Shown: piece after piece, positions 13,736-24,860 of the stretch
Layout: each line of letters begins with the position of its first letter
Numbering within the stretch: position 1 is the stretch's first letter
From: Eledone cirrhosa
Lineage: Eukaryota
Direction: 5' to 3'
DNA: 64,000 bases
Assembly: GCA_964016885.1 (NCBI GenBank)
Contig: OZ024757.1
Span: 23,188,001 to 23,252,000 of the forward strand
Translations under genes and position numbers: made by a program
The notes under the pieces: generated by a model
The model's input: the letters and a program-made list of their open reading frames with translations, nothing else
Told to the model about the DNA's origin: nothing
Database searches by the model: none

Positions 13736-13951
13736 TGATTATTAAAGTATTAGGCTTGTGCTGGTGTAATCATTTCCTCCCAGCTATAGCATCCTGTATG
13801 TTCACCTGTATTAACCCTTTACCATTTACATTACTCTATATATACTATTATATTTTTGCAGTAAAGGCTTTACCTCACATAATAATCTCCCATAATATTG
13901 AATCTATGAGATTTTGATATTTATTTTGAGAACAATACCTTTACCCTTTAG

Positions 13952-15610
13952 CATTCATATTGTTTTATATATACTATTATATTTTCATGGTAAATGCTTT
14001 ACCTCACATAATATCTCACATAACATTCACATTACTCTATATATACTATTATATTTTCATGGTAAAGGCTTTACCTCACATAATATCTCACATAACATTC
14101 ACATTACTCTAAATATACTATTATATTTTCAGAGTAATGGCTTTACCTCACATAATATCTCACATAACATTCACATTACTCTATATATACTATTGTATTT
14201 TCATGGTAAAGGCTTTACCTCACATAATATCTCACATAACATTCACATTACTCTATATATACTATTGTATTTTCATGGTAAAGGCTTTACCTCACATAAT
14301 ATCTCACATACCATTTACATTACTCTATATATACTATTGTATTTTCATGGTAAAGGCTTTACCTCACATAATATCTCACATAACATTCACATTACTCTAT
14401 ATTTACTATTATATTTTCATGGTAAAGGCTTTACCTAACATAATATCTCACATACCATTTACATTACTCTATATATACTATTGTATTTTCATTGTAAAGG
14501 CTTTACCTCACATAATATCTCACATAACATTCACATTACTCTGTATATACTATTATATTTTCATGGTAAAGGCTTTACCTCACATAATATCTCACATAAC
14601 ATTCACATTACTCTATATATACTATTGTATTTTCATGGTAAAGGCTTTACCTCACATAATATCTCACATAACATTCACATTACTCTATATATACTATTGT
14701 ATTTTCATGGTAAAGGCTTTACCTCACATAATATCTCACATACCATTTACATTACTCTATATATACTATTGTATTTTCATGGTAAAGGCTTTACCTCACA
14801 TAATATCTCACATAACATTCACATTACTCTATATTTACTATTATATTTTCATGGTAAAGGCTTTACCTAACATAATATCTCACATACCATTTACATTACT
14901 CTATATATACTATTGTATTTTCATGGTAAAGGCTTTACCTCACATAATATCTCACATAACATTCACATTACTCTGTATATGCTATTATATTTTCATGGTA
15001 AAGGCTTTACCTCACATAATATCTCACATAACATTCACATTACTCTATATATACTATTGTATTTTCATGGTAAAGGCTTTACCTCACATAATTATCTCAT
15101 AACATTCACATTACTCTGTATATACTATTATATTTTCATGGTAAAGGCTTTACCTCACATAATTATCTCACATAACATTCACATTACTCTATATATACTA
15201 TTATATTTTCATGGTAAAGGCTTTACCTAACATAATATCTCACATAACATTCACATTACTCTATATTTACTATTATATTTTCATGGTAAAGGCTTTACCT
15301 CACATAATATCTCACATAACATTCACATTACTCTATATATACTATTATATTTTCATGGTAAAGGCTTTACCTCACATAATATCTCACATAACATTCACAT
15401 TACTCTATATATACTATTATATTTTCATGGTAAAGGCTTTACCTCACATAATATCTCACATAACATTCACATTACTCTATATATACTATTGTATTTTCAT
15501 GGTAAAGGCTTTACCTCACATAATATCTCACATAACATTCACATTACTCTATATATACTATTATATTTTCATGGTAAAGGCTTTACCTCACATAATATCT
15601 CACATAACAT
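13952..15610 (+). repeat. 72-bp tandem satellite, left array (~23 units), containing a 432-bp higher-order repeat
   Basis: Unit cattcacattactctatatatactattatattttcatggtaaaggctttacctcacataatatctcacataa; translates as 24-aa repeats in the ORF track. Confidence 0.95.
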
Positions 15611-15821
15611 CTCGTATACGAGAGACGTGTGTTGACGTGTGTGAACAAGCTCGGCTACCGAGTCGGATTTACTTACTCAAAAAGTGAGTTTTGATTAATT
15701 TTTTTATACTGTAATATACGTTAACCCCTTGCCTTGGTCGTCAAACTTTGAGTTTATTTATTTTCGCCCCTTTTTGGGGCGAATTTTCCAGTTAAAAATT
15801 TATTACGGCAAACTAATAGAA

Positions 15822-17564
15822 ATGGACGGAATTTTCACATCTCATCCTAACGTGAAAGCCACGCCCCCTAAGAAAGGTGATACAGAGAAGCTAGAAGCAC
15901 AAGGCTCTAAGTCTTCCCTCCTCACTTCTGCAAAAGAAACATGGAACACGGAATTAAAAGAAAAATTTGTAGAAATGGGTGAAAACCCAGAAAGTCACAT
16001 AAACGCAGACAAAAACATCAACGACAATAACAGCAATAGTCACAACACCAACCAAGGAAAAAATAACGATAACACCAAACAAAGTGAACCCACTACTGGT
16101 ACCTCCTTTGCACAGGCGGTCCGGAAAACACAAACCTGCAAGCAACTGGACATTACAACTCTGAGAGAAAAGATGAAGGAAGCGAAACAGTATGTAACTT
16201 TCAAAGAAGGAGGAGACTTCACAATCACCTCCCCACAAGAAATCAAAAGAGACACGACGCTAAGAACGATATCTTTCAGAACAATTTCCAACATAACAAG
16301 GAAACCAACTCAATTATCCCAAAAAGAGATTGAGCTGGTCCTAAAAAATGTGTGGAGTGATATATCGTTCATACAAAAAGGGCCACTCTATGGGAATATA
16401 ACGGTCCTAATGAAGGATCAATTGACGGCCAGGAAATACTCTGTGGCACCAATTGTTTCCAAGATATATACATTTTTCCCCACATATTTAGGGAAAAGAA
16501 CGCAGAAGATAAGGGTCTCCGGAATCCGGCCAAATGCATGCATTTCCTGGGTACTAACAGGATTTTTAGAAGACGAGGACGGAATCCTCTCAGTAGGAGA
16601 AGTCACCACAGACGTTTTCGGCGGTTTGAGCGTGGAGGTTCTGGTCCAAATGAGACCAGAACGAATCGCTAGAATACCACAGAGGGTGTCCCTCGATGGA
16701 GAAACATTTATATATATTTCAGCCGAGGGTAGGAGGCCCATATGTTACTACTGTTCAAGCAGGGGTCATCTAAGGGCTGCTTGTCCTCAATTGACAAAAA
16801 AAAAGGCTCTTTTGCCTACACCCCACACACCACCACCGCCACCACCACCACCACCACCACCTCCACCACCACCACCACAACAACAACAAAAACAACAGGG
16901 AAAAATAACACAAGACACGGCCCCACCCAAAACAACTCCCAAAACACACACAAATACAACAAAACCCCAAAATACACCACTACCCGACAGCACGGACGAG
17001 GACCCAGCGGAAACGGCACCTAGTGACGAAGAGGGGGAACCCTTCCAACCTGTAAAAAGGAAAAAAAGAAAGCACCACTCGAACATAAACGAAACAAACA
17101 CACAACCACCAACAAAAACAAAACAAACAGAACAAACAAAATCCGCCCCACCCCAAAACATAACACATACAACAAAACGTAAGCACACACAAGAACAACA
17201 AACAAACACAACACAAATAAAACAGTATACATACATTAACACAAATAACAAAGAACTAGTAAAAACAATACACAAAGACCCTTTGGTGGAAACTGAAGGG
17301 CAATTCTTTGCAAGCGCGGCCAACAAACCGCATTTAAAAATGATAAGACTCCCAATGGACACCTATGCAAAACTAAGAGAGAACTTTCCTGAGGACGTGG
17401 GGAAAACATGTACTCGACCCTATAACCGCGTCCTCTTGAAACGTTTCCCCACCCACACCTCACCAAACACCCCCACTCCACCACAGAACAACACCCCACC
17501 AAACAACCCCTCCAATACGCCCATGGATATTGTGCAACCTGCTCCTCAGGAGCCGAACAGGTAG
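15822..17564 (+). CDS. Tx1-type ORF1 (gag-like nucleic-acid-binding protein), ~580 aa from the first ATG
   Basis: Open frame 15729-17564, first ATG at 15822. CX2CX4HX4C zinc knuckle (CYYCSSRGHLRAAC), poly-Pro/Gln tract, basic KRKKRK patch; lies directly upstream of ORF2. Confidence 0.88.
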   Translation: MDGIFTSHPNVKATPPKKGDTEKLEAQGSKSSLLTSAKETWNTELKEKFVEMGENPESHINADKNINDNNSNSHNTNQGKNNDNTKQSEPTTGTSFAQAVRKTQTCKQLDITTLREKMKEAKQYVTFKEGGDFTITSPQEIKRDTTLRTISFRTISNITRKPTQLSQKEIELVLKNVWSDISFIQKGPLYGNITVLMKDQLTARKYSVAPIVSKIYTFFPTYLGKRTQKIRVSGIRPNACISWVLTGFLEDEDGILSVGEVTTDVFGGLSVEVLVQMRPERIARIPQRVSLDGETFIYISAEGRRPICYYCSSRGHLRAACPQLTKKKALLPTPHTPPPPPPPPPPPPPPPPQQQQKQQGKITQDTAPPKTTPKTHTNTTKPQNTPLPDSTDEDPAETAPSDEEGEPFQPVKRKKRKHHSNINETNTQPPTKTKQTEQTKSAPPQNITHTTKRKHTQEQQTNTTQIKQYTYINTNNKELVKTIHKDPLVETEGQFFASAANKPHLKMIRLPMDTYAKLRENFPEDVGKTCTRPYNRVLLKRFPTHTSPNTPTPPQNNTPPNNPSNTPMDIVQPAPQEPNR

Positions 17565-17585
17565 GTCCTTCCTCTTTTAACCAAC

Positions 17586-20500
17586 ATGGCTGATATAAGA
17601 GTTGGGTTTCTGAATGTACGTGGCCTGGGACTGTCTTGGAAACAAGGCAAACTTTTAAACGATCTCAGGTCACATAGAATGGATGTAATGGCTATTTGCG
17701 AGTCCAGGATCAGCAGCGAGCACCAACTGGCGCCCCTCTTCGACGACTTTGAGATCTTCGCATCTCTCTGTCAACCGGGGGGTGGGGGTGGAGTTGTCGT
17801 TCTGCTGCGAAAACACCTGGGCCTCGCCATACAGAAGGTGCACCTGGACCCGGAGGGTCGACTGGTGGTTTTAGACGTCGGCAGTAGTGAAAGTGGAGCC
17901 CTTAGACTAATAGCTGTGTACGCCCCTTTTTGGGCAGCGCGGCCGGAATACTTCCAACGTCTGGAAACTTTTCTGGGAACGTCCCGCTCCTTGCTTTTAG
18001 TGGGGGACTGGAATGGTATCCTGGATGCACGTTGGGACTATGTAGGGGCATGTGCCAATAGAGGGGGGTGTAAAAGCCTCAAAAGGTTAATCGGCCGATT
18101 TGACCTGGCCGATAGATATCGACTAGATTTTCCGACTGTACCACTATGGACGTGGACCAATCGCAGTGGAACATCTAGGTCGTACCTAGATAGGGTCCTA
18201 GTTAGAGAGAACGATAGGGACACATTTAGCTGTCCAAAAATGTTCATGGTTGACTATTCGGATCACAAGTTAGTGACCTGCATAGCCAACCTTGATAGAA
18301 CCCATAGACAGGGACCCGGTTACTGGAAGCTGAACTTGTCCTTACCGAGAAGCAAAGCTTACAGTAAACGGATTAGCACGTTAGTTAAGCAGAATTTGAC
18401 AGGGGCAATTGTCAACAACAGGTGGTGGAGCTCTCTTAAGAGAGCAATTAGAATAGAATCGATAGGTTTTAGTCAGGAATTAGCAAGGGATAGGAACAAG
18501 ACGGAAAGGGAATTAGTAGATAGAGTAGAAGAGGCGATTAGGAGTGGCAATGTAGCCGGCGTGCTGGCATCAAGAATGGCCTTAGACCAGTTCTTTGAGG
18601 TGAAGCATGAAGGCTGCGTTGTCAGGAGTAAAATACGTGCTCTGGGTAATGAGGGAGCCAAAGCTGTAAGCTGGGCCCGAGTGACAGAGGCAAAAAGTGG
18701 GAACAAGTCCACGATTCGGTCTTTGAAGGACCAGGATGGGCGTGTGATCCTTGAACCTGGGCAGATGTGTGCGGCCTTTCAGCGGCACTTTGCACGACTG
18801 TTCGAGAGGGGCGGCGCGCCGGGTGAGACTATGGATTTCAATCCATACCTCGACGGTCTGCCGCGCCTCTCGGACGCGGAGGCGAAGTCCTGCGAAAGGA
18901 CGATTTCAGCTGCTGAGATAGGGGCGGCGCTGAGCCAATGCGGCAAACGCAAATCCCCGGGTCTCGATGGTCTACCATACGAGCTATATGTAGCGATGCC
19001 GGACTTGTTCTCCGATATCCTCGAAGCGGTCTACTGCAACTGGCAGCAGAACGGGAGAATTCCCAGTTCTGTGACCAAGGGCGTAGTTACGCTGGTGAGG
19101 AAGGATGAGAACAAGGGGGATGACATAAGTAACTTCAGGCCCATAACTCTGCTAAATACAGAGTTAAAGATTTTGGCCAAGGTGTTAGCGAAGAGGTTGG
19201 CGCTTGTCGTTGGAAACCTGGTGGGAGAAGCGCAGACATGCGCAATCCCGTCCAGGTCCATTCACGACAATCTCCACCTTATGCGATACATCATAGAGAG
19301 GGTAGGGAATGAACCCGGCTTTGGTGGGGCCCTGATCAACTTGGATCAATCTAAAGCTTTCGATAGGGTTGACCATCGTTACCTGGATGCGGTGCTCGCG
19401 GCGGCAGGCTTCGGACCCGTTTTCAGGGGTTGGATTGCTGCGATGCACAGCAGCAACGTCTGCTCAAGGGTCAAGGTGAACGGCCACCTCTCGGAGCCGT
19501 TCCAAATCATGCGATCCATCCGACAGGGATGCCCTCTCTCCTCCCTACTGTATGTGCTGGCTCTTGAGCCACTACTGCGGAAGTTGGAGCGGTTGCAGGG
19601 CATCCCTTTGGAACCGGGATTGCAGAAAGCGGCGTCGGCCTACGCCGATGACGTGACAGTAATGGTGTCGAAAACCTCGCAAATCGGTGAGATCGGCACC
19701 TTACTGGAGGAATATGAAAGGTTTACAGGAGCCAAGCTGAACCGGGACAAGTCCGTCGGTTTGCAACTCGGAACATGGAGAGGCAAACCGATGCCCTCCA
19801 ACGACGTCGTCGGACGCTGGACGGAGGGCCCGGTGAAGCTGCTTGGGGTCTGGTTCGGACCAGACCTCCAGGTGGAGAAAAACTGGAACGAGGTAACGGC
19901 CAGGGTGTTTGCACTCACCCAGAAGTGGGCCCAGTGCAAACTATCCCTGAAAGGTCGAGCGGAGGTGGCGAATACTTATATAGCATCCGTCATCTACTAC
20001 CGCTTGACCGTCGTGCCTTGCCCAGTGAAAAGACTCGCCAAAATGGAGTGCGCGCTGTTCCAATTTCTTTGGAACAAGCGGACCCCTTTGGTGAGGAGAT
20101 CCATCTGCTGTCAACACCCTTCGAAAGGAGGGCTGGGGATGCCGTGGCTACAGATGCGTAAACACGCATTAAGGCTACGGCACCTCCAGGTATTCCTCAC
20201 CGGTCAACCGGTGTGGGCCCCGTTTGTGAGGCGAGCCTTTCCCAGACTCGTCTCGCTCACCGAGCTGCAATCCTGGGTCAAGCAAAGACCGAGAAAAGTG
20301 GGCGACTGGCACATTGAATGTGCCCAGGCGCTCACGGCCCTCTGGAAAGCGGACCCGGCAATCAGTGGAGACTCCACCTCGACATTCTATAGAGGGTTGG
20401 TACGCAGCAGGTGCGACGATGCTCTCGGAGAAGCTCTAGGCATGGAGGAAGATGAACTGGCCAGTCTGTTCGGTAGGACGTTTGGCCCTGGACCGATGGA

Positions 20501-21023
20501 CAACTTCCAAAAGTCCCTGGCTTGGCAGTGCTACCGAGGGGCTCTACCCGTTCGAGACAAGCTCCACAGGCATGGGAGCCTGGGTAGAGATCCTTTGAAT
20601 AAGATCTGTCCGAGATGCGTGCATGATGACGAAACCGTTGCGCACGCATTCGTACACTGCCCAGGCATTGCTGACCTGTGGGGCTATGTGGAACGACTAC
20701 TGTCGAGGGTGGGACCAATCCGGTTGACCACCGAGTCCATTGTCACGATCAAACCGCCTCCCCCTTTCAAAAACGAAGGAGAGGCGGTTTTTCTCTGTGT
20801 GGTAGCCATGGCTAAAGAAGTTGTATGGTGGACGAGGCTGAAAGGGCTGAGGTCAGACACCTTTCTCTCCGGCCAACAACTGGTCCCCTTTTTCAAATAC
20901 CATTTTAAAAGAAGGATCAGAATGGAGAGAGAGGTGCTCTACCCCAGCAAGTTTTATGAAAGGTGGGTGAAAGTAGGGAGAATGGCCAGAGTGAATGGGT
21001 CTTCTCTCTATATCAGCCTGTAG
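17586..21023 (+). CDS. Tx1-type ORF2: APE endonuclease + reverse transcriptase + C-terminal zinc-binding domain, 1145 aa
   Basis: APE motifs (NVRGL, VYAP, GDWN, LDRV, SDH); RT motifs (KSPGLDG, FRPITLLN, DQSKAFDRV, RQGCPLS, YADD); C-terminal CPRC...HAFVHC; Tx1-like GYWKLN and KGGLG. No stops or frameshifts. Confidence 0.96.
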   Translation: MADIRVGFLNVRGLGLSWKQGKLLNDLRSHRMDVMAICESRISSEHQLAPLFDDFEIFASLCQPGGGGGVVVLLRKHLGLAIQKVHLDPEGRLVVLDVGSSESGALRLIAVYAPFWAARPEYFQRLETFLGTSRSLLLVGDWNGILDARWDYVGACANRGGCKSLKRLIGRFDLADRYRLDFPTVPLWTWTNRSGTSRSYLDRVLVRENDRDTFSCPKMFMVDYSDHKLVTCIANLDRTHRQGPGYWKLNLSLPRSKAYSKRISTLVKQNLTGAIVNNRWWSSLKRAIRIESIGFSQELARDRNKTERELVDRVEEAIRSGNVAGVLASRMALDQFFEVKHEGCVVRSKIRALGNEGAKAVSWARVTEAKSGNKSTIRSLKDQDGRVILEPGQMCAAFQRHFARLFERGGAPGETMDFNPYLDGLPRLSDAEAKSCERTISAAEIGAALSQCGKRKSPGLDGLPYELYVAMPDLFSDILEAVYCNWQQNGRIPSSVTKGVVTLVRKDENKGDDISNFRPITLLNTELKILAKVLAKRLALVVGNLVGEAQTCAIPSRSIHDNLHLMRYIIERVGNEPGFGGALINLDQSKAFDRVDHRYLDAVLAAAGFGPVFRGWIAAMHSSNVCSRVKVNGHLSEPFQIMRSIRQGCPLSSLLYVLALEPLLRKLERLQGIPLEPGLQKAASAYADDVTVMVSKTSQIGEIGTLLEEYERFTGAKLNRDKSVGLQLGTWRGKPMPSNDVVGRWTEGPVKLLGVWFGPDLQVEKNWNEVTARVFALTQKWAQCKLSLKGRAEVANTYIASVIYYRLTVVPCPVKRLAKMECALFQFLWNKRTPLVRRSICCQHPSKGGLGMPWLQMRKHALRLRHLQVFLTGQPVWAPFVRRAFPRLVSLTELQSWVKQRPRKVGDWHIECAQALTALWKADPAISGDSTSTFYRGLVRSRCDDALGEALGMEEDELASLFGRTFGPGPMDNFQKSLAWQCYRGALPVRDKLHRHGSLGRDPLNKICPRCVHDDETVAHAFVHCPGIADLWGYVERLLSRVGPIRLTTESIVTIKPPPPFKNEGEAVFLCVVAMAKEVVWWTRLKGLRSDTFLSGQQLVPFFKYHFKRRIRMEREVLYPSKFYERWVKVGRMARVNGSSLYISL

Positions 21024-21260
21024 GTGAAAGAAGAGGAAAAAGCGGAGACGAGGGAAGCACCTACTCTTTGTGCTCCTGAGGAGAAGGGTTACACATTTTT
21101 TCCGGGGTGTGTGCGACCCATGTTAATGCCCCCTCCCTATTGAGGACTTCGTTTGTTGTTGTTATTTCATTGTTATATTTTTGTACTCGTTAATTATATG
21201 TAAACTTCCCCCCTTGTATCTGTCCCTACCTTTTGTGCCCTAGTGGCAAATAAAGAAACC

Positions 21261-22100
21261 ACTCTATATATACTATTATATTTTCATGGTAAAGGCTTTA
21301 CCTAACATAATATCTCACATAACATTCACATTACTCTATATTTACTATTATATTTTCATGGTAAAGGCTTTACCTCACATAATATCTCACATAACATTTA
21401 CATTACTCTATATATACTATTATATTTTCATGGTAAAGGCTTTACCTAACATAATATCTCACATAACATTTACATTATATATACTATTGTATTTTCATGG
21501 TAAAGGCTTTACCTCACATAATATCTCACATAACATTCACATTACTCTATATATACTATTATATTTTCATGGTAAAGGCTTTACCTCACATAATATCTCA
21601 CATAACATTTACATTACTCTATATATACTATTATATTTTCATGGTAAAGGCTTTATCTCACATAATATCTCACATAACATTCACATTACTCTATATATAC
21701 TATTGTATTTTCATGGTAAAGGCTTTACCTCACATAATATCTCACATAACATTCACATTACTCTATATATACTATTGTATTTTCATGGTAAAGGCTTTAC
21801 CTCACATAATATCTCACATAACATTTACATTACTCTATAAATACTATTGTATTTTCACAGTAAAGGCTTTACCTCACATAACATTTACATTACTCTATAT
21901 TTACTATTATATTTTCATGGTAAAGGCTTTACCTCACATAATATCTCACATAACATTCACATTACTCTATATATACTATTGTATTTTCATGGTAAAGGCT
22001 TTACCTCACAATTACCTCACATAACATTTACATTACTCTATATATACTATTGTATTTTCATGGTAAATGCTTTACCTCACATAATTATCTCACATAATAT
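21261..22100 (+). repeat. 72-bp tandem satellite, right array (~11-12 units)
   Basis: Same unit resumes immediately after the LINE 3' end; a few units have internal deletions. Confidence 0.95.
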
Positions 22101-24860
22101 TGAATCTATGAGATTTCGAAAGTATTTATTTTGAGAACAATACCTTAACATCAGTTTGAGCAACCAGTTATGGCCAGTTTCAACAGAAAGAGGTAGAGAA
22201 TTGTGGCCGGTTCGTGCTGGTTTGAACACTAAAGGGTTAACATAAGTTTGAGTAGCCAGTTACAGCTGGTTATAGCTGGTTTGAACAGAGAGAATTCTGG
22301 CTGGATACGGCCAGTTAAAATACTAAACGGTTAAAGGAGGGAAGGTTGAGAGGGTATCTGTGTCTGCTCATGACTGCATGGGCACCTAAAACACATAACA
22401 AAAGCATGATACATACTACCAAGTCATACTCAATTGTGAGTGATGGCTGTAGACATATAAGAATACGATTCACTATCAAGATGTGGAATAATAACCAAGA
22501 ATATTTACTTAATGCACAGGTACAACAGCTGCTAAAACAGCTGTGAATTATGAATCCATGAGAGAGCCACTACATGGTCCTTATAGTGGCTAAAAAAAGC
22601 AGTTAAATATCTCTCAAATCACATCCTACCAAAGAACACATTGAGCACAGGTTGAAGCATACATCTAATGTGTACCTCCTCTTACCTCCCATGTCCTAAC
22701 ACTCTGCCCCTCATATATGCCAAAATACCCACCTCCCCAATCCCCACACACCTCTTCCACCAAAGTCCCCAGTCCACACTGTAAAGTGGTTAAGTAGATT
22801 TCACAACAAAAACACCCAGCTCACACTGTAAAGTGGTCATGTAGATGTCACAACAAAAAGCACCCAGTACTCATTGTAAATGAGGTTGGTGTTAGGAAGG
22901 GCATCCAGCCAGAAAAACCGAGCTAAAATCAGTTCTGTATGAGCAAGTCATGGTCACCTGACACAGCATTTTTCACAACAGGACAACTTGTCTAACCCAT
23001 GCAAGCATGGAATAAAATGGACGTTCAATAGTGATGATGATGATATATATATAACATCTTTGAGGATTTAGTGTTAAAGAATAAAAACTAATGATAAAAT
23101 AAAAATACACTTTTAAAAATGAGGCCCTTAAAGGTATGTGGCCCTAACCTATAGCTTATAGGTAAGTCCAGCATTTGACAGGGCAGACTTTCATCTAAAA
23201 AAATATTTTTTACATTAATGTTAATGATAAATAATAAATTATATTATATATTGTTTTTCATTGGGGATTTAGTGTCAAAGAATAAAAACTAATGTTAAAA
23301 TAAAAATGTTTTAAAATCATGAGGCCCATGAAGATGTGTGGTCCTAAGCTCTAACTTATTTAGCTCATAGAGAAGTCCAGCAGTGCAGGTAGGCTTCCAC
23401 ACAGTTTCCATCTACAAAATGTCACTGACAAAGCTTGGGTTGGCCTGAAACTATGGTAAATGACATTTGCCCAAGTTGTCACACAGTGGGATCTAACCAG
23501 GGACACCACAACTACAAAATAAACTTGTTAACCACTTGGCCATGATTTATAAACGACATGTCAGTATAAGTTATAACATTTCACATCAATTACTGCCATA
23601 TTAACTTAACATTAGATCTGCTGCTGTTGTTGTTGTTGTTTCTGCTAATTAATCTGCTGATGACTTAACTGTCAAGATGAGAAATCGGGAATTATTTAAA
23701 GGTTTATTCTATACTTGCACGTTTTGTTTTCAGTTGGTGTTTTAATATTTAGTTGTTTCTCTGATGTCATATATCCTGACATGTTTAGTTCACTTCAAGT
23801 ATGTATATAGAGAAGAATTAAATGTGTATGATGTGACAAAGGGATGAAGAAGATAGATGCTTGAAATGAGGTGAAAAAGAAACAGTAAAAACTAAAGGTC
23901 ATCAAGGTTTAGTGGCAATGTAGAAGACTTACTGTGGCATGAAATAAAGTGTGTAAGGATTGGGGAGTGGATATAAGGGGGTATAAGGGAGGAGTATATC
24001 TCAAACATGGTGGTTAATATTTGAAAATGTGAGAATGCCAAAATGCAGAAAATAACTGTAATAGTCGTTTTTACTTTTGGCATAAGGCCAGCAATTATCC
24101 CAGTGTAATAAAGTACCAGTAATACACTGGCATAATTTCTGGCATTGTGCCAAAAGTAGAAACAATTATTACAGTTATTTTCAAGGGTGGTAGATTGGCA
24201 GCATCGGTAGAGCGTCAATCACAACATGCTTTGCAGCATATGGTTACAGTCCTTTATGTTCTGACTTGAAATCCCGTTGAGGTTAACTTTGCCTTTCATC
24301 CTTACAGGCCAGTAATTTGGGAGGAGAGGGAAGTCAATTAAATCGACCCCCAGTACGTTACTGGTGCTTTATTTTATCAACCCCGTAAAGATGAAAGGCA
24401 AAACTAACCTCAGCAGGATTTGAACTCAGACCGTAAAGGGCCGTAACTCTATGCTGCAAGGCATGGTGTCTGACGCTCTACCAATACTGCCAATCCACCA
24501 CCCTATTAACCATATACATAATAATTGTTTCTACTTTTGGCACAAGGCCAGCAATTATCCCAGTGTATTACTGGTATTCAATCCGTAGGGCTGAAAGGCA
24601 TTACTGGTACTTTATTTTATTGACCCCACCCCCCTGTAAGGATGAAAGGCAAAGTTAACCTCGGTGGGATTTGAACTCAGAATGGCAAGGGCCGTAACTC
24701 TATGCGTCAAAGCATGGCGTCCGACCCTCTACCGATACTGCCAATCCACCGATAACTAAGAGTTGAGTAGAATATCTCTGGAGACAGAAAAATGTATCTT
24801 CTTTACTCTAGGAGTATTTTACCTGACCCCCAGCAATTATTTATGTTTCATAACTAGCCA

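Larger units (their letters stand above)
15611..21260 (+). mobile_element. Full-length, apparently intact Tx1-clade (L1 group) non-LTR retrotransposon, ~5.65 kb
   Basis: Satellite stops at 15610 and resumes at 21261. In between: ~210-bp 5'UTR, two uninterrupted ORFs 21 bp apart, and a 3'UTR ending GTGCCCTAGTGGCAAATAAAGAAACC. ORF2 is much more GC/CpG-rich than the flanks. Confidence 0.95.
13940..22240 (+). mobile_element. Inner piggyBac-like (TTAA) MITE hosting the satellite and the Tx1 element
   Basis: Begins TTTA-CCCTTTAG (13940-13951), ends CTAAAGGG-TTAA (22229-22240). Its non-repeated 3' part matches the monomer at 55382-55597. Confidence 0.8.
13811..22334 (+). mobile_element. Outer copy of the same TTAA MITE, split by the inner copy (13811-13939 + 22241-22334)
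   Basis: TTAA-CCCTTTA at 13811, CTAAACGG-TTAA ending 22334. Halves rejoin as gagaacaatacc-TTAA-cataagtttgagtagccag, colinear with the monomer (gagaacaataccttcacataagtatgagtagccag). Confidence 0.75.

Noticed and set aside
13914-15687. ORFs of repeated 24-aa units (also 21286-22134)
   Set aside because: The 72-bp unit happens to be stop-free in some frames; it derives from a non-coding MITE.
15729-15821. TTG-initiated N-terminal extension of ORF1
   Set aside because: In a eukaryote the first ATG (15822) is the likelier start; the extension overlaps UTR hairpins.
15954-20896. Antisense and alternative-frame ORFs within the Tx1 element
   Set aside because: Shadow frames of ORF1/ORF2 with no motifs.
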